DNA from: Nitrospirales bacterium
GTDB taxonomy: Bacteria > Nitrospirota > Nitrospiria > Nitrospirales > UBA8639
Length of the DNA stretch: 64,000 nt
Assembly (NCBI GenBank): GCA_039794325.1
Contig: JBDIVP010000001.1
Location: 6,233 to 70,232, forward strand
Direction of reading: 5' to 3'
The translations under genes and the position numbers were made by a program. Shown piece after piece: positions 9,773 through 19,131 of this stretch. Each line of letters starts with the position of its first letter. Position 1 is the stretch's first letter. The notes under the pieces are model-generated. The model did not search any database and was not told where the DNA came from. It saw only the letters and a program-made list of their open reading frames with translations.

Positions 9773-10166
9773 TGCTCTTCCGGGTTGCGCCCCCCCATTG
9801 TTAAGGTCATCTGCTTCAAAAATCCGCAAGGGGCCCGGTAAGGAGTACGGCATGAGGCGGTCGTCTCTTTCCCTTTTCCCTCTACAGAACACGCTGACAT
9901 GCCGTTTTCATTGGGCGTAGGTGCCGGGAAAGGCCCTGCGCACCTGTGTTGGGCAGCCGGTTTTTAAATAGAATTTCTTCTCTCCTTACCCCCTCATTCT
10001 TTCACGCTTCAACCGTCTTAACCCGCTGATTTTGTTTTTGTTTTAATCAATCATTTGCACGGGTATCGTCTTGACTTGAGGTAGTGTGGAAGTTATCGTA
10101 CCCAGTTTCATTTAGGACTTTTGCAGTGGTGGGCCTAGTCCATTGGTGCCATGCAAAACAGAAGAA

Positions 10167-11336
10167 ATGGAGAGTCGTTCCGGTTTGATACAAAAACTCG
10201 TTGCCGACATTTCCCTGAACGGTCCGATGCCATTTGCCAGGTTTATGGAAATGGCTCTCTATGATCCGGAGTATGGATATTATATGACCTCTGGCGGGTG
10301 CCTGGCCGACGAGGGAAAGTCTCGAATCGGTTGGCAGGGGGACTTTTTTACCGCTCCGGAATTGTCCCCGTTGCTGGCGGAGACCCTTGTGCGGCAGGTT
10401 GTGGAAATCGATGCCGGCCTGGGGCATCCTCCGATACTGCAGGTCATTGAGATGGGAGCGGGCAATGGGACGTTTGCCCGTGACTTTTTGAAGGGATGCC
10501 GGCGCGAGGCGCCTGGCGTGGCCGAACGGTTGTCCTATCACATTGTTGAACGAAGTGCCCGGCTTCGGAAAAAACAGCGACAGGCGATGGAATCCCTCAT
10601 GGGGGACGGCCTTCCATCGGTCCGGTGGTCGGAGACGGTGGACACGTTGCCGGGCGATTCGGTGACCGGTGTGTTTTTTTCCAACGAACTCGTTGATGCA
10701 CTGCCTGTGCATCGTGTGAGGGGTACCCCGGATGGGATTCGAGAAATCTATGTCGATTGGGACAATGAAACGTTCGTGGAACGGGAACGTGCCTTATCGT
10801 CACAGGCAACCGTCGAGTATGTAAAAAACCATGGCATTGCGTTGGAGCCCGGCTGGACATCCGAGCTGCATGTAGAGGCTGATGCCTGGATAGCCCATGT
10901 GGCTACGGCCCTTCATCGCGGGATGGTCATTACAATCGATTACGGGCATTCGGCAAACGATTATTACAGTGCGGCCAGAAAAGACGGCACCTTGTTGTGT
11001 TATTATCGGCATTCGGTCTCCTCCGATCCCTATCATCGTATAGGGGAGCAGGATATGACCGCTCATGTGAATTTTTCCGCGTTGGCAAGGACGGGAAAGC
11101 CGCATGGATTGGTTCCGGTCGGCTTTACCACCTTGTCTCATTGGTTGATGGGATTAGGGGTTGACGATCTGGTCCGCGAGAGCGATCCCGAGTCGCCGGC
11201 GGTTCAGGCATTGGCCCGGTTACTACACCCCTATGGCATGGGGAAAACATTCAAAGTGCTTGTTCAACAAAAGAATATGGATCTGCCGACTATCGCGGGA
11301 TTGCGCTATAAGGCCTTTTTCGATGACGTGCTCTGA
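10167..11336 (+). CDS. SAM-dependent methyltransferase, DUF185 / MidA / NDUFAF7 family
   Basis: About 389 aa from the ATG at 10167 (the ORF opens at TTG 10143). Family-typical segments are FMEMALYDPEYGYY, GDFFTAPELSPLL and IEMGAGNGTFARDFL (a GxGxG SAM site). It ends 118 nt upstream of nuoA on the same strand. Confidence 0.75.
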   Translation: MESRSGLIQKLVADISLNGPMPFARFMEMALYDPEYGYYMTSGGCLADEGKSRIGWQGDFFTAPELSPLLAETLVRQVVEIDAGLGHPPILQVIEMGAGNGTFARDFLKGCRREAPGVAERLSYHIVERSARLRKKQRQAMESLMGDGLPSVRWSETVDTLPGDSVTGVFFSNELVDALPVHRVRGTPDGIREIYVDWDNETFVERERALSSQATVEYVKNHGIALEPGWTSELHVEADAWIAHVATALHRGMVITIDYGHSANDYYSAARKDGTLLCYYRHSVSSDPYHRIGEQDMTAHVNFSALARTGKPHGLVPVGFTTLSHWLMGLGVDDLVRESDPESPAVQALARLLHPYGMGKTFKVLVQQKNMDLPTIAGLRYKAFFDDVL

Positions 11337-11454
11337 ACGCATGGAAATCCGGCAGGCGCATCGGGTTTTCGGGCGGATATCGAGATCAGCTACGGGGGGG
11401 GTGTTTCTGAGAGGCCAGACAGTCAGGTAAGGTGGGGGGAGAAAGAGGCGAGAT

Positions 11455-11826
11455 ATGGGAAGCGAAGCCGTTCCATTAAATTACATTCCGATCGTGGTGT
11501 TCCTGATCCTTGCGGCGTTGTTCGGGGTGGTCTCCTTGCTGGTGGGATATGCCGTCCGGCCCAACCGTCCGTATCGGGCCAAATTGCTGCCTTACGAAAG
11601 CGGCAGTCCTTTATTTATGGACGCCCGCGTGCAGTTTCCCATCCGCTATTACATTACGGCTATGCTGTTTGTGATCTTCGATATCGAAGTGGTGTATCTA
11701 TTCCCCTGGGCTGTGGTCTTTAAAAAAATCGGGCTTGAAGGGTTGATCGGCATGGGAATTTTTCTGGCTATTCTCATCATCGGTTTCTGGTATGAATGGA
11801 AAAAAGGCGCCATGGATTGGGAGTGA
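11455..11826 (+). CDS. nuoA: NADH-quinone oxidoreductase subunit A
   Basis: 123 aa with three hydrophobic helices and the conserved PYESG and FDIEVVYLFPWA motifs. There is a purine-rich SD upstream. Confidence 0.95.
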   Translation: MGSEAVPLNYIPIVVFLILAALFGVVSLLVGYAVRPNRPYRAKLLPYESGSPLFMDARVQFPIRYYITAMLFVIFDIEVVYLFPWAVVFKKIGLEGLIGMGIFLAILIIGFWYEWKKGAMDWE

Positions 11827-12005
11827 GGAATAATTGAAGAAATAGGCTGTAAGCCTGGAAAACACGGCGATAACCCATTACAATGACCGATCGTTTCTCA
11901 AGGGGCCAAGGCGAGCCGTTTAAAGGGTAACCGAACGGGTCTTCTCGCCCTGCGGATTCGGTCCGGTGGCTGCCGGACGAGGGTCGGAATCACGGGAATT
12001 CAACG

Positions 12006-12485
12006 ATGAGCTTTCTCGAACGACAACTGGAACCCAATATTATTACCACCAATCTTGATTATTTTGTGGCCTGGTGCCGGAAATCGGCCTTATGGCCGAT
12101 GACGTTCGGGTTGGCTTGCTGTGCCATCGAAATGATTGCCTCGGTTTCATCGAGATATGACATCGACCGGTTCGGGGCAGGGGTCTTTCGTGCCTCGCCC
12201 AGGCAATCGGACCTGATGATCGTGGCGGGCACTGTATGTCGGAAAATGGCGCCGGTCATCAGGCGCATTTATGATCAGATGGCCGAACCCCGGTATGTCA
12301 TGTCCATGGGGTCATGCGCGACTTCGGGTAACCACTATAATAGCTACAGTGTCGTACAAGGCGTCGACCAGATCGTTCCTGTGGATATCTATGTGGCAGG
12401 ATGCCCTCCGAGACCGGAAGCTCTTCTGGACGGACTGATCAAGCTTCAAGAAAAAATTCAAAAAGAAAAATATTTCGTGAAATAA
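12006..12485 (+). CDS. nuoB: NADH-quinone oxidoreductase subunit B
   Basis: 159 aa. It carries the N2-cluster ligand motifs [16 protein letters not shown] and GCPPRPE. Confidence 0.97.
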   Translation: MSFLERQLEPNIITTNLDYFVAWCRKSALWPMTFGLACCAIEMIASVSSRYDIDRFGAGVFRASPRQSDLMIVAGTVCRKMAPVIRRIYDQMAEPRYVMSMGSCATSGNHYNSYSVVQGVDQIVPVDIYVAGCPPRPEALLDGLIKLQEKIQKEKYFVK

Positions 12486-12512
12486 TCCTCGTGGACCTCG
12501 ATATCGACGGCG

Positions 12513-14294
12513 ATGCGGGGCCTGAGGCAGGGGTTGGATGAGATGCATCCCTATTTGCAGCCATTGGTCGACAAATTTCCCCAAGGTGTGATTACCGCGC
12601 AGGAGGATCCGGCACGGGGCGATCTGTGGATACAAGTTCACCGCGAATCCTGGCGGGAAATCGCCCAATTTCTTCACAACGATCCGGCCATGGCCCTGGA
12701 TCATATGACCGATATCTGTTCCGCCGATTATCCCGACGATCTCGAGCGTTTTGAAGTGATTTACCATTTTCTTTCCCTTCCGCACAGCATCCGGTTGAGA
12801 GTCAAAACGCGTGTCACCGAGGATGATCCCACGATTTCCACTATCAGCGATATCTGGCGGGGAGCGAATTTTCTTGAGCGTGAGGTCTATGATCTGATGG
12901 GCATCAGGTTTTCGGGGCACCCTGATCTGCGGCGGATTCTGATGCCGGAAGATTACGACGAAGGGTTTCCCCTTCGTAAGGATTTTCCTGCTGAAGGGAA
13001 AGGCTGGCGAAGCCGGTTTGATTTTCTTCCGCGATTGGATGAGCCCGTTGAGGAATGGTCTGAGCGGGAAGTCCCCGAGGATCAGCGTCACCAGTTTATG
13101 GCCGGAGATCGGGCGCAGGATGGAAAGCGGACCACCGAGCTGCTGCTGAATATGGGCCCCCAACATCCTAGTACGCACGGGGTGCTGCGGGTAGTATTGG
13201 AATTGGATGGGGAACGGGTCAGCAAAGCCATTCCCGATTTGGGATATCTGCACCGCGGCGTGGAGAAATTGGCGGAGGGGTTGACCTATATGCAGGTGCT
13301 GCCCCACACGGACCGGCTGGACTACGTGTGCGCCATGACGAACAACTATGCCTATGTCCGGGCCGTGGAAAAACTCATCGGGATGACCGTTCCGGAGCGA
13401 GCGGAATATGTTCGGACCATCGTCGCCGAAATGCAGCGCATCATCGGGCATTTGTTTTGGCTCGGCACGCAGGCACTTGATATTGGAGCCATGACGGTGT
13501 TTTTCTGGACCTTCCGGGAACGGGAGGTGTTGTTGGATCTGTTTGAAAAACTTTGTGGAGCCCGGTTGACCCTGAATTACTATCGGATCGGAGGTGTCGA
13601 CAGTGATTTGACCCCTGAAATCATTGCCGCGCTTCGTGAATTTCTCAAGAATTTTCCCGCCCATATTCATGAGTACGACACATTGTTACAGAAGAATCGG
13701 ATTTGGATCGCCCGCACAAAAGGTGTGGCGGTGATTTCCGCGGAAGATGCGATTAATTTCGGCCTGACGGGGCCCGTGTTGCGCGGATCCGGGGTGTTGT
13801 ATGACATACGAAAATTGGAGCCGTATGGAGCCTATGACCGGGTGGAATGGGAAGTGCCTTTGGGCAAGGATGGGGATACCTATGATCGGTACTGGATCCG
13901 GGTGGAGGAAATGAGGCAGAGTGCCAGAATCATCGAACAATGCCTGGATCAACTGCCGGAAGGGCCGATCATGGCCGAGGATGCGCAGGTCATTCCGCCG
14001 CCCAAGCAGGAAGTCATGCGCGACATGCAAAGTTTGATTCACCATTTCATTATCTTTACGCAGGGATTCAAGCCTCCCAAGGGAGAAACCTATTGCGCGA
14101 CCGAGGTTCCAAAAGGGGAATTGGGCTTTTTTCTCATCAGCGACGGAAGCCCGCGGCCCTATCGTCTGAAAATCCGGTCTCCGTCGTTCGTCCATATGGG
14201 AGCGTTTGACCACATGGCCAGGGGATATTTGATTTCCGATATCGTGACGATTTTCGGTACATACGATATTGTCATGGGAGAGTGTGATCGATAA
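12513..14294 (+). CDS. nuoCD: NADH-quinone oxidoreductase fused subunit C/D
   Basis: 593 aa. The N-terminal third is NuoC-like (ERFEVIYHFLS, REVYDLMGIRFSGHPDLRRIL). The rest is NuoD-like (NMGPQHPSTHGVLR, GYLHRGVEKL, RIRSPSF...GECDR). The start could instead be the ATG at 12543. Confidence 0.95.
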   Translation: MRGLRQGLDEMHPYLQPLVDKFPQGVITAQEDPARGDLWIQVHRESWREIAQFLHNDPAMALDHMTDICSADYPDDLERFEVIYHFLSLPHSIRLRVKTRVTEDDPTISTISDIWRGANFLEREVYDLMGIRFSGHPDLRRILMPEDYDEGFPLRKDFPAEGKGWRSRFDFLPRLDEPVEEWSEREVPEDQRHQFMAGDRAQDGKRTTELLLNMGPQHPSTHGVLRVVLELDGERVSKAIPDLGYLHRGVEKLAEGLTYMQVLPHTDRLDYVCAMTNNYAYVRAVEKLIGMTVPERAEYVRTIVAEMQRIIGHLFWLGTQALDIGAMTVFFWTFREREVLLDLFEKLCGARLTLNYYRIGGVDSDLTPEIIAALREFLKNFPAHIHEYDTLLQKNRIWIARTKGVAVISAEDAINFGLTGPVLRGSGVLYDIRKLEPYGAYDRVEWEVPLGKDGDTYDRYWIRVEEMRQSARIIEQCLDQLPEGPIMAEDAQVIPPPKQEVMRDMQSLIHHFIIFTQGFKPPKGETYCATEVPKGELGFFLISDGSPRPYRLKIRSPSFVHMGAFDHMARGYLISDIVTIFGTYDIVMGECDR

Positions 14295-14335
14295 GGTTAA
14301 GGAAGACGTGAAACGGAAAAAGGGAGGAGACAAGC

Positions 14336-14398
14336 ATGTGGGACATCTCGTCTTCCTTCATTGTCTCATGTCTCATAAAGGGCTGGCAGGATGTCTGA
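14336..14398 (+). CDS. candidate 20-aa upstream mini-ORF coupled to nuoE
   Basis: ATG at 14336 lies 6 nt after a strong SD-like GGGAGGAG. It encodes MWDISSSFIVSCLIKGWQDV. Its TGA (14396-14398) overlaps the nuoE ATG (14391). It could be a chance ORF. Confidence 0.25.
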   Translation: MWDISSSFIVSCLIKGWQDV

Positions 14399-14912
14399 GA
14401 AGTTGCAAAAAGAAGTGAAAGAGATTCTGGCAAGGTATCCGGTCAAGCGGTCGGCCCTGCTGCCCCTTTTGAACCTGGTGCAGGAGCAGGAGGGCTATGT
14501 GAGCGAGTCTGCGATGCGGGAAATTGCCGGGGTGTTGGATTTGACGCCGGCGCAGGTTTTCGAAACCGTTACCTTTTATACGATGTTCCATCTTAAACCG
14601 ATCGGGACCTATCACCTGCAGGTCTGCCGTTCGCTCATGTGTGCCTTGGTGGGATCGGATGATGTCGTGGATTGGATCAAAAAGGTGCTGGACATTGGTC
14701 CGGGCCAAACCACACCAGATAAGGCGTTTACGTTGAGTGTCGTCGAGTGTCTGGGGTCGTGCGGCACCGGACCCATGATGCAGGTGAATGACGATTATTA
14801 TGAGCAATTAACCGAAGCGAAGGTGAAGCGAATTCTGGACGATTTGCGTCGAGACGGGACCTCTTCCATGAAAAGCGGTCCGTTTATGCATCCGCAGCCC
14901 GTCCGGCCGTAA
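14391..14912 (+). CDS. nuoE: NADH-quinone oxidoreductase subunit E
   Basis: 173 aa with the 2Fe-2S ligand pattern (VCRSLMC ... CLGSCGTGPMMQVN). Confidence 0.95.
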   Translation: MSEKLQKEVKEILARYPVKRSALLPLLNLVQEQEGYVSESAMREIAGVLDLTPAQVFETVTFYTMFHLKPIGTYHLQVCRSLMCALVGSDDVVDWIKKVLDIGPGQTTPDKAFTLSVVECLGSCGTGPMMQVNDDYYEQLTEAKVKRILDDLRRDGTSSMKSGPFMHPQPVRP

Positions 14913-14949
14913 TTGATTCTTGATTGAAACGGCCTGAAAAGAGTTGGTT

Positions 14950-16257
14950 ATGCCGGTATACGAACCCATACTTCTCAAAAACATGGAGCAGCCCGGATAT
15001 ACGGGTTCGCTGAAGGATTACGAGCAAGCCGGGGGATACCAGGCGCTCCGGAAGGTGCTGAAAGAATATGCCCCGGAGGCCGTGATTGAGGCGGTTAAAA
15101 AGTCAGGATTGCGGGGACGTGGTGGAGCCGGATTCCCCACCGGTGTGAAATGGGGATTTATCCCCAAGGACCATCCCGGCCCCAAATATTTATGCTGCAA
15201 CGCCGACGAAAGTGAGCCGGGCACCTTTAAAGACCGGCAGTTGATGGAACGGGATCCCCATCAAATGCTGGAAGGCATGCTGATCACGTGTTATGCGATC
15301 GGTGCGGAAACGGCTTACATTTACATCAGAGGGGAATTTCGTCTCGGAGCGAAAATTTTATGGCGGGCGATCGATGAAGCCAAGGCGGCCGGATACGTCG
15401 GCGACAATGTGCTCGGCAGCGGACGGACGATCAATGTCTATGTGCATCAGGGGGCCGGCGCCTATATTTGCGGTGAAGAAACTGCGTTATTGGAATCGCT
15501 TGAAGGAAAACGGGGGCTGCCCCGCTTCAAACCGCCGTTCCCGGCTACCCACGGGTTGTACCAAAAACCCACCGTCGTCAATAACGTGGAAACGATGGCC
15601 AACATTCCCCATATTATCAATCGGGGATGGGAGTGGTTCGCATCGATCGGGTCGCCTCCCAAGAGTACCGGGACCCGTGTTTTTTGTCTGAGCGGCCATG
15701 TAAAACGACCGGGAAATTATGAAGTGCCCATGGGGATTCCTTTTCGGGAGTTGATTTATGAATTCGGCGGAGGCATGCGTTCGGAGAAACCCCTGAAAGC
15801 CTTTATCCCAGGCGGGGCCTCCGCGCCCTTTCTGACGCCTGAACATCTGGATGTGAAGATGGATTTCGAAGCGCTGGCCCTGGCCGGGTCCATGTTGGGG
15901 TCGGGTGGCGTGACCGTGATGGAAGAAGGCACCAGTATGGTGTGGGCTGCTTTGCGGTTGATGGAATTTTTCTACCATGAATCGTGCGGAAAATGTACGC
16001 CTTGCCGGGAAGGCAGTTCCTGGCTGGTGCAGATCCTCCAGCGAATCTGGCATAAACGGGGACAATCCGGGGACATCGAATTGATGGAAGAGTTGTGCCG
16101 GAATATCGCGGGGCGGACGGTCTGTGCCTTCGGGGAAGCGGAAGTGGGTCCTGTTCTCAGCACCATCAAACATTGGCGGCACGAATACGAGTCGCTGATT
16201 CAGGAATCGGCGGTCTCCGGAAGGGGCGGCAGGGAACTGCCTGTGTTGGCGTTATAA
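14950..16257 (+). CDS. nuoF: NADH-quinone oxidoreductase subunit F
   Basis: About 435 aa from the ATG at 14950 (the ORF opens at TTG 14944). It has the FMN/NADH site GLRGRGGAGFPTG, NADESEPGTFKDR, and the 4Fe-4S motif ESCGKCTPCREG. Confidence 0.96.
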   Translation: MPVYEPILLKNMEQPGYTGSLKDYEQAGGYQALRKVLKEYAPEAVIEAVKKSGLRGRGGAGFPTGVKWGFIPKDHPGPKYLCCNADESEPGTFKDRQLMERDPHQMLEGMLITCYAIGAETAYIYIRGEFRLGAKILWRAIDEAKAAGYVGDNVLGSGRTINVYVHQGAGAYICGEETALLESLEGKRGLPRFKPPFPATHGLYQKPTVVNNVETMANIPHIINRGWEWFASIGSPPKSTGTRVFCLSGHVKRPGNYEVPMGIPFRELIYEFGGGMRSEKPLKAFIPGGASAPFLTPEHLDVKMDFEALALAGSMLGSGGVTVMEEGTSMVWAALRLMEFFYHESCGKCTPCREGSSWLVQILQRIWHKRGQSGDIELMEELCRNIAGRTVCAFGEAEVGPVLSTIKHWRHEYESLIQESAVSGRGGRELPVLAL

Positions 16258-16284
16258 CCGATGATGATCATTTGAGTGTTGAAT

Positions 16285-18987
16285 ATGGCGACGACGGATG
16301 AAACCCAAACCGATCTGGTCACCGTAACCATCGACGGAAAATCCATCAAGGTGCCCAAGGGTACCCTGGTGATCGAAGCGGCCCGTCAGGTCGGGGTGAT
16401 GATCCCCCATTTTTGCTATCACCCGAAACTTGATCCCGATGCCAATTGCCGAATGTGTTTGGTGGAAATTGAAAAGATGCCTCGCCTGCAAACCTCCTGC
16501 AGCACTCCCGTCGCCGAAGGCATGGTGGTGAAGTCGGGAAGTTCGGAGCAGGTCGAAACAGCCAGGAAGTCGGTGTTGGATTTCATTCTGGCCAATCACC
16601 CGCTTGATTGTCCGGTTTGTGATCAGGGGGGGCGGTGCGACCTACAGGATTTCTCCCATGAGTATACGGCAACCGTCAGCCGGTTCAGCGAATTGAAACG
16701 GGTGTTTCAAAAGGAATACTTCAGTCCCTTGATTGAAACGCAGATGAATCGCTGCGTGCAGTGTCTGCGGTGCGTGCGGTATTGCGATCAGGTGATGGAT
16801 GTGAAGGCCTTGGCACCGGTCGGCCGCGGGACTCTGACCGAAATCAAGGCGTTCGGCGCCCATGAATTGGATTGTGAATTTTGCGGAGGGTGCGTCCAGA
16901 TCTGTCCGGTGGGTGCGATTACCAGCCGCATGTCCATGTATGAATTCCGTCCCTGGATGCTCAAGCGGACCGACTCCATTTGCGGGTACTGCGGGGATGG
17001 TTGCCAGTTGACCTACCAGACCAAGAACAATGACCTGATTGAAGTGAGTTCCACGTACGGGTCCGGGCGAAATAACGGGGATTTGTGCGCCCGTGGCTAT
17101 TTCGGGTATCAGGTCAGCGAACATCCGGATCGTTTGAAGACCCCGATGATTCGAGAGGGGGAATCCTTTCGGACGGTGACATGGGAGGAAGCTCTGGAGC
17201 ACGTGGGGCAATCTTTGCTGGCCATCAAACAGAAGCACGGTCCGGATGCCATTGCGGGACTCATCACGGGTCGGTGCACCAATGAAGACCTTTATGTCTT
17301 TCAAAAATTTATGCGTGGCATTATCGGCACCAATCAGCTCGACAGCAGCGTCCGGTCCGGACACCTCGCCGGCATCAAGGCGTTACAGCGTGTGCAAGGG
17401 ACTCCCCGTTGGACGGTCGCTTTTGAGGACATTCTGGAAGCCGATGTGCTGATGTTGGTGGGTACCAATGTGACCGAAACCAATCCCATTACCGGCTTGA
17501 AGGTGAAGGAAGCGGTCAAGCGCCGGGGAGCCCGCCTGATCACCATCGAGGCTCTGGAGCCGGCCATCGGGACGATCAGTAATATTTCGAATCTTGCCAG
17601 CTATCATTTCAGCGTCCGCGCTGATCGGATCCATGAAGCCGTATTGGGATTCATGAAATCGGTGATGGAAACACATGGAGTCGACCAGGAAATCCGCGGC
17701 GGAGCCGCGGGTTTTGGAAACGACATCTTTTCGCGATTGTCCGGAATGCCGTGGTCGAAACTTGAACAGATGACGGGGTATGAAACGTCCCGTTTTGCCG
17801 AAGCAGCCGCCGTTTTCTGCCAAGGGAAAAAGGTGGTGGTGTTGGTTGGACAAGGGGTACTTCGGTCGCCAGGTGGGTATGGCACGACGATGAACCTGTT
17901 GGATTTACTGCTCTTGACCGGAAAAATGCCGAGGCCTGGCTGCGGAGTGGCGCCGTTGGCCGAGTTGAATAACGATCAAGGGGCTTTTGAAATGGGTGCG
18001 GTGGGCGAGGCGTTGCCCGGGGGCGTTCCGATTGATCATGCGGAAACCCGCCAGGCGTTGACCAGGGCCTGGGAGAGATCAATTCCGGCTACTCCGGGAG
18101 CCTCTTTTCCCGAGATTCTTGGGCGGATGAAAGCCGGAACCATTAAAGCCTTATTGATGGTTGGAGAAAATCCTCTCGGCTCGTTGCCTCCCTCGTCGGG
18201 AGTCGAGCAAGCCATGCAAAAATTGGAATTTCTTGTCTGCCAGGAAGCCTTCAGGACCGAGACGGCCGGGATAGCCCATGTCTTGCTTCCGGTTGCCACC
18301 GCGGCCGAAAAGGATGGAACGTTTATCAATACGGAAGGGCATCTCCAGACTGTGCGGAAGGCCGTAGAGCCCGCCGGAGAGAGTCGTCCCGATTGGGAAG
18401 TGTTTTCAGCGTTATCCGTGATGATGGATGACCCCATGGAATATCTTGATGTGAGGGATATCGGGAAAGAGATTCGGAATCTGCTTCCCGGAACCCGGGT
18501 GTTGGGACCCGCTCCCATGCCGCCGAAACCTGATAGCCAGACCGTCCAGGCCTATATGGCCGGAGAATATCAAAGGGATGTGGCTGTGCGGTATCGCTTG
18601 CCTGAAGGCCCCGAGCCTGCGTCCGATGAATTAGTGTTGGTGCTGACTCAGTCCTTATTTCATTCCGGCAAGTTTTCCCTCAAAGCCAACGGTTTGATAA
18701 AGGTGGAATCCGCCGGCAGATTGTATGTGAATCCTCAGGAAGCGGGCCGCCGTGGTCTTGGGGAAGGGGATCGGGTCGCCTTACATAATTCACAGGGGTC
18801 CGTCGAGGTGACCATTGGGTTCCGAGAGAGGATTCCATCGGGAATGGGGGTGTTCCCGGAACATTTTGATGGTGAGATTTGCCGGTTGTTCCCGTATACG
18901 GTCGATCCCGAAACCAAGTCTCTCGTCTGGAAGTCAACTGTGGTTCGAGTAGAGCCGGTCCCCGTCCTGCCCGGAAGCCGGAAGTGA
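16285..18987 (+). CDS. nuoG: NADH-quinone oxidoreductase subunit G (long, molybdopterin-oxidoreductase-like C-terminus)
   Basis: About 900 aa from the ATG at 16285 (GTG at 16276 is also possible). It has an N-terminal 2Fe-2S/4Fe-4S Cys pattern (CRMCLVEIEK, HPLDCPVCDQGGRCDLQ, CVQCLRCVRYC, CEFCGGCVQICPVGA) followed by a large MopB-like domain. Confidence 0.95.
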   Translation: MATTDETQTDLVTVTIDGKSIKVPKGTLVIEAARQVGVMIPHFCYHPKLDPDANCRMCLVEIEKMPRLQTSCSTPVAEGMVVKSGSSEQVETARKSVLDFILANHPLDCPVCDQGGRCDLQDFSHEYTATVSRFSELKRVFQKEYFSPLIETQMNRCVQCLRCVRYCDQVMDVKALAPVGRGTLTEIKAFGAHELDCEFCGGCVQICPVGAITSRMSMYEFRPWMLKRTDSICGYCGDGCQLTYQTKNNDLIEVSSTYGSGRNNGDLCARGYFGYQVSEHPDRLKTPMIREGESFRTVTWEEALEHVGQSLLAIKQKHGPDAIAGLITGRCTNEDLYVFQKFMRGIIGTNQLDSSVRSGHLAGIKALQRVQGTPRWTVAFEDILEADVLMLVGTNVTETNPITGLKVKEAVKRRGARLITIEALEPAIGTISNISNLASYHFSVRADRIHEAVLGFMKSVMETHGVDQEIRGGAAGFGNDIFSRLSGMPWSKLEQMTGYETSRFAEAAAVFCQGKKVVVLVGQGVLRSPGGYGTTMNLLDLLLLTGKMPRPGCGVAPLAELNNDQGAFEMGAVGEALPGGVPIDHAETRQALTRAWERSIPATPGASFPEILGRMKAGTIKALLMVGENPLGSLPPSSGVEQAMQKLEFLVCQEAFRTETAGIAHVLLPVATAAEKDGTFINTEGHLQTVRKAVEPAGESRPDWEVFSALSVMMDDPMEYLDVRDIGKEIRNLLPGTRVLGPAPMPPKPDSQTVQAYMAGEYQRDVAVRYRLPEGPEPASDELVLVLTQSLFHSGKFSLKANGLIKVESAGRLYVNPQEAGRRGLGEGDRVALHNSQGSVEVTIGFRERIPSGMGVFPEHFDGEICRLFPYTVDPETKSLVWKSTVVRVEPVPVLPGSRK

Positions 18988-19131
18988 CGGCCTGAAGGTT
19001 TCGGACGGAAACCGGAGGTCTTCATAGGGGAGCCTGGCGGGAAACGGCGTGGTTGAAACGACAAGACGTGTGCCTCTTGATATTTATGATAATTTGTTTA
19101 CCCACTTTGTAAGCGGAGGCGTGGATCCACG

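Noticed and set aside
12312-13670. Long antisense ORFs opposite well-supported genes. Examples are 12312-13670 (452 aa, opposite nuoCD), 7586-8485 (opposite secA), 30464-31627 (opposite purH), 35989-36849 (opposite the methyltransferase), 55677-56588 (opposite leuB), 56819-57778 (opposite the NHL gene) and 62208-63170 (opposite gltX).
   Set aside because: Their translations are low-complexity and rich in Arg/Gly/Pro/His, with no recognisable motifs. The opposite strand in each case encodes a protein with clear family signatures. These are typical shadow ORFs of GC-rich coding DNA.
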